A stretch of DNA of 64,000 nucleotides from Eubacteriales bacterium (GTDB taxonomy: Bacteria > Bacillota > Clostridia > Oscillospirales > CAG-272), in the NCBI GenBank assembly GCA_045638805.1, contig JAZUBZ010000034.1:7458-71457 (forward strand), given 5' to 3'. How positions within the stretch are numbered: the stretch's first letter is position 1; every line of letters starts with the position of its first letter. Below are positions 26,738 through 36,526 of the stretch, piece by piece. Made by a program: the position numbers and the translations under genes. The notes beneath the pieces were generated by a model that worked only from the letters and a program-made list of their open reading frames with translations, ran no database searches and was not told where the DNA came from.

Positions 26738-28420
26738 ATGCTGTCATCAGCAGATATCATACAACTCATACAAAGCCTTATCTGGCTGCTTGCAGGTGTA
26801 GGCGTATTTATCGTAGGAATGAACTTTATGGGCGACGCGCTTGAAAGAAGTGCGGGCGAGGGCATGAAAAAGCTTCTCGGTAAAATAAGCAATAACCGCT
26901 TTTCAGGTGTTGGTATAGGCGCGGCAGTAACTGCCATCATTCAATCGTCATCCGCAACGTCCGTGATGGTGATAGGTCTTGTAAACGCAGGGGTAATGAC
27001 CCTTATACAGGCAACTCCCATTATCATGGGCGCAAATATCGGTACCACGATTACAGGTGTTCTTGTCGCCCTTAAAAACGACTATTTTAATATGCTCATG
27101 TATCTTTTCGCGTTTGCGGGAGTTATGATGGGCTTCTTCAAGAAGGAAAAGATCAAGATCGCAGGTCTTCTCTGCAGCGGTCTCGGCCTCATCTTCGTTG
27201 GACTTAACGTAATGAGCAGCGAGGCTGCCTTCGGAAATCCCCTGGTGGAGACTATGTTCCAAAACATATTCGCAAAGATCGACTTCCCCCTTCTTCTCAT
27301 TTTCGTAGGCGTTATCTTCACTGCTCTTATCCAAAGCTCCTCTGCGGCAACGGGTGTCGTTATCACCATGGTAGGTTCGGGTGTGCTTCCTCTTGATCTT
27401 GCGCTGTTTATCGTGCTTGGAGCAAACATCGGTACGTGTGTGACGGCACTTCTTGCATCCGTAGGCGCTAACGCTAACTCAAAAAGAGTTGCGCTCATAC
27501 ATTTCACATTTAACGTAATAGGCACAGTGATCTTTACCGCCATCGTGTGGATCTTCAGAGATCCTATGATAAACTTGCTCGTGTCCATGTTCCCCGGTGA
27601 GAACGCAATGTCTCTCCAGATGCGAGTATCCGTATTCCACGTTATATTCAACGTGACCACCACTTTGGTTCTTCTTCCCTTCGTCTCACAGCTCGTTAAA
27701 TATTCATGCCTTATCATCAAGGATAAAAAGACTGACGAAAAAGTTCACACCCTCAAGTTCGTAGACGAAAGACTTCTCTCCATGCCTTCCGTAGCACTAA
27801 TGCAGGTTAAAAAGGAAATGGACTACGTGCTGTCACTTGTTGAAGAGAACATCCGTCTTTCCTTTGTTTCCATTAATAAGAGATCTACCGAGCACAGCAA
27901 AAAGATCGCAGAAAACGAGGCTATCATAGACTTTACCAACGGCGCGCTTACAAAGTTTATGATAAAGCTGTCTGCATACGTTGAGGAAAGTGACGAAAAG
28001 GTGATCGGTGCATATTTCCACGTGCTCAACGACCTGGAACGTATCGGTGACCATGCGGAAAATTTCCATGAGATCGGCGAAGAGCTGATATCAAAAGGAT
28101 TGGCGTTTTCCGATGTTGCCATGGCAGACGTCATGCAGATGCACGGTAAAATATTGCAGATGTTTGCATCTGCAAAGGATGCCTTTGAAAACAACAACAG
28201 AGAGAGACTTCCTGAAATCGGTCTGCTTGAGAGCGAGACTGACGAAATGAAGAAAAATCTTTCTGCTTCGCATTTCACCCGCCTTGCAGACGGAAAGTGT
28301 AAGATAGAGCTGAGTCCCTATTATACCTCCACCGTTGCAGGACTTGAAAGAGTTGCCGACCATATCGTAAACGTAGGTTACAGTATAGTCAACCCGGTCG
28401 GCGAAGAAGTAGAATTTTAA
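26738..28420 (+). CDS. Na/Pi-cotransporter family protein with C-terminal PhoU-like repeats
   Basis: Duplicated QSSSAT/QSSSAA motifs in the membrane domain. C-terminal ...DLERIGDHAEN... and ...GLERVADHIVN... PhoU-type motifs. Confidence 0.85.
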   Translation: MLSSADIIQLIQSLIWLLAGVGVFIVGMNFMGDALERSAGEGMKKLLGKISNNRFSGVGIGAAVTAIIQSSSATSVMVIGLVNAGVMTLIQATPIIMGANIGTTITGVLVALKNDYFNMLMYLFAFAGVMMGFFKKEKIKIAGLLCSGLGLIFVGLNVMSSEAAFGNPLVETMFQNIFAKIDFPLLLIFVGVIFTALIQSSSAATGVVITMVGSGVLPLDLALFIVLGANIGTCVTALLASVGANANSKRVALIHFTFNVIGTVIFTAIVWIFRDPMINLLVSMFPGENAMSLQMRVSVFHVIFNVTTTLVLLPFVSQLVKYSCLIIKDKKTDEKVHTLKFVDERLLSMPSVALMQVKKEMDYVLSLVEENIRLSFVSINKRSTEHSKKIAENEAIIDFTNGALTKFMIKLSAYVEESDEKVIGAYFHVLNDLERIGDHAENFHEIGEELISKGLAFSDVAMADVMQMHGKILQMFASAKDAFENNNRERLPEIGLLESETDEMKKNLSASHFTRLADGKCKIELSPYYTSTVAGLERVADHIVNVGYSIVNPVGEEVEF

Positions 28421-28434
28421 TTATGCCACTACAA

Positions 28435-28468
28435 AAAACCTTCCACTTGTGTTAAGCGGAAGGTTTTT
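28435..28468. terminator. Bidirectional terminator between the Na/Pi gene and the XRE gene
   Basis: AAAACCTTCC ... GGAAGGTTTT, with a T-run on the plus strand and an A-run upstream. Confidence 0.7.
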
Positions 28469-28673
28469 ATCTTTTTTTTGTGTTTGTCAAACCCAATATA
28501 TAGTCGGTGCTCACATTATAAAACTTGGCAAGCTTGATTAAAATGTCAGTGGGAACGTCTCTTTGTCCTAATTCATAATTGCTGTACACTTGTTGAGAAC
28601 AATTTAATTTTTCAGCCAGTTGCTTTTGAGTAAGGTCATTATCCTCTCTCAATTCACGAATTCTTCGATACAT
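28467..28673 (-). CDS. Small XRE-family HTH regulator
   Basis: 68 aa. LTQKQLAEKLNCSQQVYSNYELGQR is a canonical Cro/CI HTH. RBS GAGGT. Confidence 0.85.
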   Translation of the reverse strand: MYRRIRELREDNDLTQKQLAEKLNCSQQVYSNYELGQRDVPTDILIKLAKFYNVSTDYILGLTNTKKR

Positions 28674-28738
28674 ATATTACCTCGTATTATAGGTTTGGTA
28701 TTTACACTTAAAAATATAACATACTGCAAAATGCGGTA

Positions 28739-28767
28739 TTGACATCTACCGCAAAATGCAGTATAAT
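28739..28767 (+). promoter_or_regulatory. Promoter candidate for the LRR lipoprotein gene, with repeated operator-like boxes
   Basis: TTGACA, 17-nt spacer, TATAAT. Direct repeats GCAAAATGCGGTAT (28726) and GCAAAATGCAGTAT (28751). Perfect palindrome TTGTGTA-A-TACACAA at 28770-28784. Confidence 0.6.
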
Positions 28768-28809
28768 AATTGTGTAATACACAAAAATATATTTTTGGAG
28801 GTTGATTTT

Positions 28810-29205
28810 GTGAGAAAATTAATGGGTGTATTGTTGCTGACCTTAATTATTTGCTTGCTGGTAGGATGTGCCGAAGAAAAAGCTAGTCCGGCGGAAGATT
28901 TCAAGTATTACATTGAGGATAATGAGATTACAATTACAGGTTATACCGGGGATGATAGCGAAGTGTATATTCCATCTGAAATTGCAGGCTATAAGGTAAC
29001 CGGACTTGGATGGAGCGCTTTTGAGGATTGTAATACGATAATGTCGGTAAGCATTCCCGAATCCGTTGTGAATTTTGATAGTGTTGTATTCGTAAGGTGC
29101 GAAAAATTAATTACAGTAATTTTTCCGTCCCACATGGACATTGAAGAAGCAAAAGGTCAAATAGGTTCCAGCTGCTACAACTGTGTTGACATTAAGATCC
29201 GATAA
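28810..29205 (+). CDS. Lipoprotein with BspA-type leucine-rich-repeat segment
   Basis: GTG start 8 nt after GGAGG. VRKLMGVLLLTLIICLLVGCAEE lipobox. IPSEI..Y.VT.LG..AF..C....SV.IPESV pattern. Confidence 0.55.
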   Translation: MRKLMGVLLLTLIICLLVGCAEEKASPAEDFKYYIEDNEITITGYTGDDSEVYIPSEIAGYKVTGLGWSAFEDCNTIMSVSIPESVVNFDSVVFVRCEKLITVIFPSHMDIEEAKGQIGSSCYNCVDIKIR

Positions 29206-29250
29206 AAAATAACACGGAAAAGATTTTAAAATCTTTTCCGTGTTATTTTT
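29205..29250. terminator. Bidirectional terminator
   Basis: 18-bp perfect stem AATAACACGGAAAAGATT / AATCTTTTCCGTGTTATT, loop TTAA, A/T runs on both sides. Confidence 0.85.
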
Positions 29251-29258
29251 CTATTCTC

Positions 29259-30806
29259 TTACGCGATCTTCGTAAAATAAGGGAGTCTGTCAAGAGGCGC
29301 ATCAACGGTTATCTCGCATCCTCCGTCGTAGGTGATACCCAAATCATCAATCCACTTACCTTCGGGAAGATTCAGCGTACGTGTTACAGCCCCCTTCTCA
29401 ACAACAGGTGCTACAAGAACGTCCTCGCCAAGCATGAAGCAGTCGAAGCATCTTTCAAATCCGCTGTGGGGGAAGGTGTACTCAAGGCTTCTGACGATGG
29501 GCTCACCCGTAACGGACGCTGCCTTGGCAAGGTCTATAATCTTATCCGCATACTTTTCGTGAAGAGCAGACATCTTGTGGATGATCTGGTACTTTTCGTC
29601 GTCAAGCACGCGCCAGGGAGCAAGGGAGAACTGCATCATGGGCATGAGCGCCGCCGCCTCGCAGTAACGTATGAGAAGCTCGTCGTCAAAGGTGGTGGAG
29701 CCCGGAAGAAAATCTGTGAAAGAGCCGCCGCCGATCATGTCGGGACATACGTATGCATAACCGAGAATACTCTGTGTCACGGTATCGGGAACGAGAGCCG
29801 CAACGCCGTGTTCCCATGCGTGAGCCTTGTCGTGAAGTCTCTGTACGAGGGGAAGTCCTGCGCATCCGAAGGATGCGCGGAACTCGTTGTACGCGTACTT
29901 TGCGCCATACTTGTTCCAGAGAGCCGCGTGCTCAGCGGGAGTTACCTTTTTATACGTAATATCGTCCTCGAAATAGTAGAGCGCGTCACCCGCGTCAAGC
30001 TTGAAGCCGTCAACGCCGTATTCATCCATGAGAACGCGAAGCTTTTCATCAAGCCAAGCTTCCGTTTCGGGATTGGTCATGTCAAGCACCGCTGACCAGC
30101 CGTTCCACCACTCGCGTACAGCCGCTACGGGGGAGGGAGATGCAGCGTATTTTCTGTCCTCGCGGCGAACGAGCATGCCCCTCTGGTGGAGATAACGTGC
30201 CTCGGGAGAGTCGGGGGAGATAAAGGGACAGATCCACATCATGATCTTGAAGCCCATTTCGTGAAGCTCACGGCACATTGCGGCGGGATCAGGGAACTTT
30301 TCCTTGGAGAAGCGGAAGCTTCCGTAATAATCGTTCCAGCCGTCGTCTACCATGATGATACCTGCGGGCATACCGTTGTCGATGATGCCGTGGGCATAGC
30401 GCATTACTCTCTCCTGAGTCTGATCGTAGATAAGCTCGATCCATGTGTTATACTGAGGAATTCTGAAGAACTCCTCGGGAGGAATACCGTCGCGGGGCGG
30501 GAAATGGCGGCGCATAGCTTCAAGGAAAGCGCCTTTAAGCGTGCCAAAGCCCTCTGCGTAGTCGATATCACCGAAGCGGGAGGATACGTCAATCACGCCA
30601 TCCTCGATGTTAAGAGTAAATCCGAGAGGGGCAAAGACAAAACGTCCCATATTGGAAATAAGAAGGGGATTGTCCTGATTACAGGTAGCAGAGGTTTCAA
30701 TATTCACGCTGTACTTTGTGTTCTTGTCGTGGGGCATCTGCTGTCCATGTTTGCTTGAGGGACCGTACCACACCTCGCCGTCAAGCATTACTATTTTCAT
30801 TTCCAT
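29259..30806 (-). CDS. Glycoside hydrolase, family 31-like
   Basis: MVDDGW, WICPF and GVDGFKLDAGD (compare the GH31 ..FK.D.GE nucleophile region). 515 aa. Confidence 0.65.
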   Translation of the reverse strand: MEMKIVMLDGEVWYGPSSKHGQQMPHDKNTKYSVNIETSATCNQDNPLLISNMGRFVFAPLGFTLNIEDGVIDVSSRFGDIDYAEGFGTLKGAFLEAMRRHFPPRDGIPPEEFFRIPQYNTWIELIYDQTQERVMRYAHGIIDNGMPAGIIMVDDGWNDYYGSFRFSKEKFPDPAAMCRELHEMGFKIMMWICPFISPDSPEARYLHQRGMLVRREDRKYAASPSPVAAVREWWNGWSAVLDMTNPETEAWLDEKLRVLMDEYGVDGFKLDAGDALYYFEDDITYKKVTPAEHAALWNKYGAKYAYNEFRASFGCAGLPLVQRLHDKAHAWEHGVAALVPDTVTQSILGYAYVCPDMIGGGSFTDFLPGSTTFDDELLIRYCEAAALMPMMQFSLAPWRVLDDEKYQIIHKMSALHEKYADKIIDLAKAASVTGEPIVRSLEYTFPHSGFERCFDCFMLGEDVLVAPVVEKGAVTRTLNLPEGKWIDDLGITYDGGCEITVDAPLDRLPYFTKIA

Positions 30807-30840
30807 ATCTTGTATTACCTTTTGTTAAGTGTTTTAGTTG

Positions 30841-32013
30841 TCAGTTTCTGAGCATTCTTGAGATTCCCGTGATGTTGCCGTCCTCTACGTAAACGCGTGG
30901 AACCCTGCGAGAGATACCGCAGACTATTTCGTACCCGATAGTGCCTGCATGGGCAGCAATCTCGTCAGCGGAGATGAATTCGTCTCCGTCACTGCCGAAT
31001 ATGGTGGCAACGTCGCCTACCTTAACGTCCGGTATGTCCGTTACGTCGACCATCATCTGGTCCATGCACACTCTGCCTGCGATCTTCGCGCGTCTGCCTC
31101 GGATCAGCACGTCACCGCGGTTTGAGAGAAGCCTCGGAACACCGTCGGCATATCCCGCTTGCAGGGTAGCGATAACGCTTTCTCTTTCGGTGACGTAGGT
31201 GCAACCGTAGCTGACGGGTGTACCCGCGGGAACACGTCTCAGTCCGGACACGTGGGTCCTGAGAGACATTGCGGGACGTACTTCGCCATAGGCTGAAAGA
31301 TCCGTCTCATCGGAGGGGGCAATGCCGTAGAGGAGAATTCCTTCTCTTACCATATCGTATTTGGGAGGAGCTGTGACCGAGCCTGCGCTGTTACAAACGT
31401 GACGTATGGGAATATGTACTCCCGCCGCCGCTACAGCATCGGTCATTTTTCTGAAGCGTTCCACCTGCATTTCGGTAAATGACGTGTCCGCGCTGTCTGC
31501 CGCCGCAAAGTGGGTGAAGATACCGCGGATGTCCACGCCCTCAAGCTTCGCTATGTCGGCTATGGTCTGTATGGACTCATCGGTACAGTCAAAGCCTATA
31601 CGGCACATGCCTGTGTCAAGAGCTATGTGTGCTCCCACAGTCTTGCCGCGGGGGGCGGCGTAATTTGATATTTCAAGAGCTTCTTCGTAATTTGAAACGG
31701 ACGTTTCAATATTATATCCTGCAAGACGTGGCAGATCCCCTGCGGGTGTATGGGCAAGGACGAGTATGGGACGTCTGATTCCGTCGCGGCGAAGTTCTTC
31801 TGCCTCGTCGGTCATGGCGACGGCAAAATAGTCCGCGTCATGCTCAAGCAGACGGGCAATTCTCGCGGCTCCGTGGCCGTAAGCGTTTGCCTTTATAACG
31901 GCGGCTATCTTTACGTTTTCGGGGAGAATACGCCTCAGCGCGGCGTGATTCTCTCTTATAGCGTCAAGGTCAACTTCCGCCCATGTTCTGAGGGAGTCGT
32001 ATATATCGTCCAT
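30841..32013 (-). CDS. alr: Alanine racemase
   Basis: AVIKANAYGHGA PLP-lysine motif. C-terminal VPVSYG and CMDQMMVD motifs. Confidence 0.9.
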   Translation of the reverse strand: MDDIYDSLRTWAEVDLDAIRENHAALRRILPENVKIAAVIKANAYGHGAARIARLLEHDADYFAVAMTDEAEELRRDGIRRPILVLAHTPAGDLPRLAGYNIETSVSNYEEALEISNYAAPRGKTVGAHIALDTGMCRIGFDCTDESIQTIADIAKLEGVDIRGIFTHFAAADSADTSFTEMQVERFRKMTDAVAAAGVHIPIRHVCNSAGSVTAPPKYDMVREGILLYGIAPSDETDLSAYGEVRPAMSLRTHVSGLRRVPAGTPVSYGCTYVTERESVIATLQAGYADGVPRLLSNRGDVLIRGRRAKIAGRVCMDQMMVDVTDIPDVKVGDVATIFGSDGDEFISADEIAAHAGTIGYEIVCGISRRVPRVYVEDGNITGISRMLRN

Positions 32014-32196
32014 GTGAAAACTTCTTTCATGTAGATTCGGCGGTACTCCGCCTTCTTATAGTATACCATGTTTTCTGCCGCATGACAATAGTTTTTTACC
32101 CGGTATTGAATTAATATCATCTGCATTGTGATAAAACTCACGCGCAATTCATATTATCATACATGAAAATAATAATTATCACCGCGGAAGGTACTC

Positions 32197-32739
32197 ATGA
32201 TAAAAAAACTACTTTTGCTTATACTTTGTATTGCTTTTCTGACCTCATGTACTGCCGTTGACAACAAGAAAAGCGACGGCGGGATCCTGAACCTCGGAGA
32301 GAAAAGATCAACATTACCGAAATGCGCCGACTACGGTACAAAAGACGTGTCATATACAGTGGAAATATCCGACGGAAAACGTTCAGTCACACTTGATGCA
32401 GAAAGGCGGGGCGGCATAACCGTAGCCACGGTAACTTCCCCCGATGAGCTTGCGGGAATGGTGATAACCGATGACACCGACGGTATGCGAATCATCCTTG
32501 AAGGAGGGTGCGAGCTTCCTCTTTCAGACGAAGCATCGGCGGGACTTGAGGCAGTATTCGCACTGTATCTTACCTTCCCCGAGGATGCAAAGGGGACGGA
32601 AGACGGCGAGGCTGAGTTCCTGTGCGGAGAGTATACTGCGAGGCTGAAGCTGACGGCGGACGGGTATCCTGACAGCGCGGTGCTGTCAAAAGACGGCGCG
32701 GAAAGACAGATAAGATTCATACGTGATGAAAGTAACTAA
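32197..32739 (+). CDS. Hypothetical lipoprotein
   Basis: MIKKLLLLILCIAFLTSCTAVD lipobox. No family recognised. Confidence 0.6.
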   Translation: MIKKLLLLILCIAFLTSCTAVDNKKSDGGILNLGEKRSTLPKCADYGTKDVSYTVEISDGKRSVTLDAERRGGITVATVTSPDELAGMVITDDTDGMRIILEGGCELPLSDEASAGLEAVFALYLTFPEDAKGTEDGEAEFLCGEYTARLKLTADGYPDSAVLSKDGAERQIRFIRDESN

Positions 32740-32995
32740 TTGTGCGGAGGATCTATAGGTACATATCGAGATCTGTTAATGTTCATATTATCGACAGCTT
32801 TTTGTATTTTACGGAAGCTGTCGTTTTTTATTTATACTTTTTTCGTACATGCGATAACTCTCTTTTTTTCTTCACCAAATGACGGAATTTTTCGTTCGGT
32901 TATTGAAAATCTGCGACCATTTGTGGTATACTATCATTATAATGAAATAACTATACCTAAAATGGATTATTGTGACCTGAAGAAAGGATTTTTAT

Positions 32996-33400
32996 ATGGC
33001 AAAATACAGAAGAAACAGGATTAACGACGCGGTAGCACAGGAAGCTTCCGACATTATCCGCGATATCAAGGACCCTCGCGTTTCCTCGTTTATGATAACT
33101 ATTACCGGTGCTGACGTTACCGGTGACCTTAAGTACGCTAAGATATTTTACTCTTTCCTCGATGATTCAGAGCTTGATGCTGAGGCTGAAAAGGAGCTGA
33201 GACGCGGTCTTAAGTCTGCCGCTCCCTTTGTAAGACGAGAGCTTGCGGTAAGACTCAATATGCGTATCACTCCCGAGATAACCTTTGTACGCGACAAGGG
33301 TGTCAGCCACGGTGCTGAGATCGCATCTCTTCTTAACAGCATCAAGAAAGCAGAAGCTCCCGCTGATACGGATGACGAGGGTACAGACGATGAACTTTGA
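32996..33400 (+). CDS. rbfA: Ribosome-binding factor A
   Basis: R..R........I..II....KDPRV.....IT...V..DL..AKI..S pattern. Acidic C-terminal tail. Confidence 0.85.
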   Translation: MAKYRRNRINDAVAQEASDIIRDIKDPRVSSFMITITGADVTGDLKYAKIFYSFLDDSELDAEAEKELRRGLKSAAPFVRRELAVRLNMRITPEITFVRDKGVSHGAEIASLLNSIKKAEAPADTDDEGTDDEL

Positions 33401-34406
33401 TAATATTACCCTTGAAGATATCGTCCGTAAGCTGAAGGATGCCAAACGTGTGCTGATCGTGTGCCATACCAATCCCGACGGAGATGCGCTCGGTTCGTGC
33501 GCCGGTCTTGCTCTTACTGCTGAAGCTCTCGGTTGTGAGGTTAAGGTAGTATCCCCCGACAAGCCCGCACCCCGACTTGAGTTTCTCCTTCGTGAGGAGT
33601 ATACGGAGTTCAAGGCGGGCAGGGAAGAGATCTTCGACCTTATCTGTACCGTAGACGTTGCGTCCTACGAACAGCTTGGAAGCCTCGGCTTCCTCGTTGA
33701 CCGCGGCAGAGTGGACTTTATGATCGATCATCATGCAGAGGGCACACCCTATGCTCCCGCATATATTGATCCCGTTGCATCCGCCGCAGGCGAGATCGTC
33801 TACGACATCTACCGCACTGCGCAGGAAATGTACGGATTTGAAAACATTCCCGACGTTTCGAGAAATGTATACACCGCTATCATTTCCGACACGGGTTCAT
33901 TTAAATATTCCAATGTTACACCCGATACACACATCATCGCATCCGAGCTTGTTGAGGAGATCAACACCGCAGAGGACGGCGGCATGACCACCGACGAGAT
34001 CTGCCGTACCCTATTCGGCAGACGCACCATGAGTGATCTTCTTGCCCAGGCTCTTGCAATTAATAAGCTTAAGGTATACGAGGACGGCAGACTCGGTATC
34101 GTATTCCTTACCAAGGAGGACGTTACCTCTGCAGGACTTGAGGAAAGCGATTTCGGCGCCGCTGTTGAAACACCCCGTTCACTTGAGGGTGTGGAGATCG
34201 CACTATCCGTAAGACAGAGCTTCAGCGATCCTACCGTATACAGAGTATCCTCAAGAAGCAACTGCGACGTAAACGTGTCCGATATCTGTGCCTCCTTCGG
34301 GGGCGGCGGTCACGCAAAGGCGGCAGGATGTAAGATCACAGCTAAGACTCCCGAAGAGGCGCTTTCTATTGCTATCGGAGCCTTTGGCGGCGCACTCCCC
34401 CTCTGA
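33390..34406 (+). CDS. nrnA: DHH/DHHA1-family phosphoesterase (NrnA-like oligoribonuclease / pAp phosphatase)
   Basis: HTNPDGDALGS, DHH and GGGH motifs. The ATG at 33390 overlaps the rbfA end by 11 nt. It is in the usual rbfA-nrnA-truB position. Confidence 0.8.
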   Translation: MNFDNITLEDIVRKLKDAKRVLIVCHTNPDGDALGSCAGLALTAEALGCEVKVVSPDKPAPRLEFLLREEYTEFKAGREEIFDLICTVDVASYEQLGSLGFLVDRGRVDFMIDHHAEGTPYAPAYIDPVASAAGEIVYDIYRTAQEMYGFENIPDVSRNVYTAIISDTGSFKYSNVTPDTHIIASELVEEINTAEDGGMTTDEICRTLFGRRTMSDLLAQALAINKLKVYEDGRLGIVFLTKEDVTSAGLEESDFGAAVETPRSLEGVEIALSVRQSFSDPTVYRVSSRSNCDVNVSDICASFGGGGHAKAAGCKITAKTPEEALSIAIGAFGGALPL

Positions 34407-34432
34407 TATACTACAGAAAAGAGGTAATCACA

Positions 34433-35359
34433 TTGGCAAAGAAGCCTGATACCGCTTGCGGTGTTATCGTAATAGACAAGCACGAAGGAGTTACCTCCTT
34501 CAGAATTATATCAATACTGAAAAAGATGTTCGACATGCCAAACGTGGGCCATACGGGTACACTTGATCCCCTTGCTACGGGAGTTTTACCGGTCCTTCTG
34601 GGTAGAGCTGTAAAGGCTTGCGACTACGTTATGGCGCAGGACAAGCGTTATACTGCCGAGTTAAAGCTTGGTCTTACCACAGACACCGAGGACATCACGG
34701 GCGAGGTTCTTACCACCTGTGCGGATATCCCCTCGGCTGAGTGTGTACGTGAGGCTATAGCGTCATTCGTCGGCGACATCGAGCAGATTCCACCTATGTA
34801 CTCTGCCATCAAGGTGGGTGGTCAAAAGCTCGTTGATATCGCACGCGAAGGCGGAGAGGTTGATCGAAAGCCCCGACCCGTAACCATCTACAGTATTGAC
34901 GCAGAACAGATTTCCGCTGATACATGGAAACTTGACGTTGCCTGTTCAAAGGGAACGTACATACGTACCCTTTGCTCGGACATCGGACGTAAACTGGGTT
35001 GCGGCGGTGTTATGTCAGCTCTCAGGAGAACGGAAACCGGTGCCTTTACTCTTGACGACGCTTACACCATTGAGGAGCTTGAGAAGATGTCCTTTGAAGA
35101 GCGTCTTGCTCTCCCGCTTCCCGTTGAATCTCTTTTTGAGCACATGAGAGTGGTACAGCTGCCGAAGTTTTTTGCAAATCTGTATCTTGCCGGTGCGCCT
35201 CTCATGCAGAAAAAGGTAAGATTGAACGTACCCGTAGGAGAAAAAGTCCGTGTTAAATACGGAAACTTGTTCCTCGGTGTGGGCATCGGTGCAGAGGACA
35301 AGGATTCTTCTCCTATCCTCAAGGCTGAAAAGCTCTTTTACCTTGGAAAAGTAGAATAA
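34433..35359 (+). CDS. truB: tRNA pseudouridine(55) synthase
   Basis: GHTGTLDPLATGVLPV catalytic-Asp motif. IPPMYSAIKV.G. Confidence 0.9.
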   Translation: MAKKPDTACGVIVIDKHEGVTSFRIISILKKMFDMPNVGHTGTLDPLATGVLPVLLGRAVKACDYVMAQDKRYTAELKLGLTTDTEDITGEVLTTCADIPSAECVREAIASFVGDIEQIPPMYSAIKVGGQKLVDIAREGGEVDRKPRPVTIYSIDAEQISADTWKLDVACSKGTYIRTLCSDIGRKLGCGGVMSALRRTETGAFTLDDAYTIEELEKMSFEERLALPLPVESLFEHMRVVQLPKFFANLYLAGAPLMQKKVRLNVPVGEKVRVKYGNLFLGVGIGAEDKDSSPILKAEKLFYLGKVE

Positions 35360-35386
35360 CTAAGTACCACAGAAAGGTTTATATAT

Positions 35387-36490
35387 ATGCTTCGCATTTT
35401 ACATACCGGGGATATTCATTTAGACAGCCCCTTCTCGGGACTTGACCCCAAAACAGCAGAAGTAAGACGAAACGAGCTCCGCGCCGCATTCACGTCAATG
35501 ATGCACTATGCGCGAATGGAAAAGGCAGACCTGATACTCATTGCAGGAGATCTGTTCGACGCTGAATTCGTTACCCGCGAAACTTTGACGCTTATCAAAA
35601 AAGAGGCAGAAAACACAAACTGTCACATAATCATCACTCCCGGAAATCACGACTCCGTATCAGAGTCCAGCGTTTGGAGAAGGGGTGTATTCCCCGAAAA
35701 CGTTCACATCTTCACCGAAGAAACTCTCGATTATTTTGAATTTGAGGAGTTGAACGTTCGTGTTTGGGGATGGGCATTTACCTCTCAGAAGATGGAGCTT
35801 TCTCCCCTTACGGGCAGAAGTGTTCGCGAGGCTGAGGGAGATATGGTAAATATTCTCTGCGCTCACGGAGATCTTTCTTCTTCAAGAAGCACGTCCTGTC
35901 CTCTCACCGTACGTGAGCTTGAAGCCTTCGGTGCGGATTATGCCGCGCTCGGTCACATCCACAATCCGCAGGAGTATTCCGAACGTATCGCGTATTGCGG
36001 ATGCCTTGAGGGCAGAAGCTTTGATGAGACAGGTCATAAGGGCGCGCGCTTCGTAACCATCGACGGTGACAGTATTACGTCTCAGAAGGTGCGTTTTTCC
36101 AAGAGAAGATATGAGACTGAGACGCTTCGCGTGGATGGTGCTTCATCCAATACCGAGCTTCGCGAGCGTATTGCTGCGTTTATCACCGAAAAGCACTACG
36201 GTGACGATACCATACTCCGTCTTACTCTTACAGGCGAGACCGATCCATCTTTTACATTGAATCCTGCGGTACTTGAGACAGACGTTCCGCGTCTGTTTGC
36301 GCTGAAGATAGTAGACGAAACCTCTCCAATGCTTGATGCAGATACTCTCCGCCTTGATCCAACCCTCAGGGGCGAGTTCTTCCGCCTGCTTGAGCCTGCT
36401 CTTACGGGAGACGACCCCGAACAGAGAGCGCTTGCCGCAGACGCTCTCCGCATGGGACTTTCCGCCCTCGCAGGTGAAGCGGTAGTATAA
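35387..36490 (+). CDS. Metallophosphoesterase, SbcD/Mre11-like DNA exonuclease (YhaO-like)
   Basis: HTGDIHLD, AGDLFD, PGNHD, CAHG and LGHIH motifs in canonical order. Confidence 0.8.
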   Translation: MLRILHTGDIHLDSPFSGLDPKTAEVRRNELRAAFTSMMHYARMEKADLILIAGDLFDAEFVTRETLTLIKKEAENTNCHIIITPGNHDSVSESSVWRRGVFPENVHIFTEETLDYFEFEELNVRVWGWAFTSQKMELSPLTGRSVREAEGDMVNILCAHGDLSSSRSTSCPLTVRELEAFGADYAALGHIHNPQEYSERIAYCGCLEGRSFDETGHKGARFVTIDGDSITSQKVRFSKRRYETETLRVDGASSNTELRERIAAFITEKHYGDDTILRLTLTGETDPSFTLNPAVLETDVPRLFALKIVDETSPMLDADTLRLDPTLRGEFFRLLEPALTGDDPEQRALAADALRMGLSALAGEAVV

Positions 36491-36526
36491 GCGTTATCCT
36501 AAAAGTATTAGTAAAGGAACAGACAG

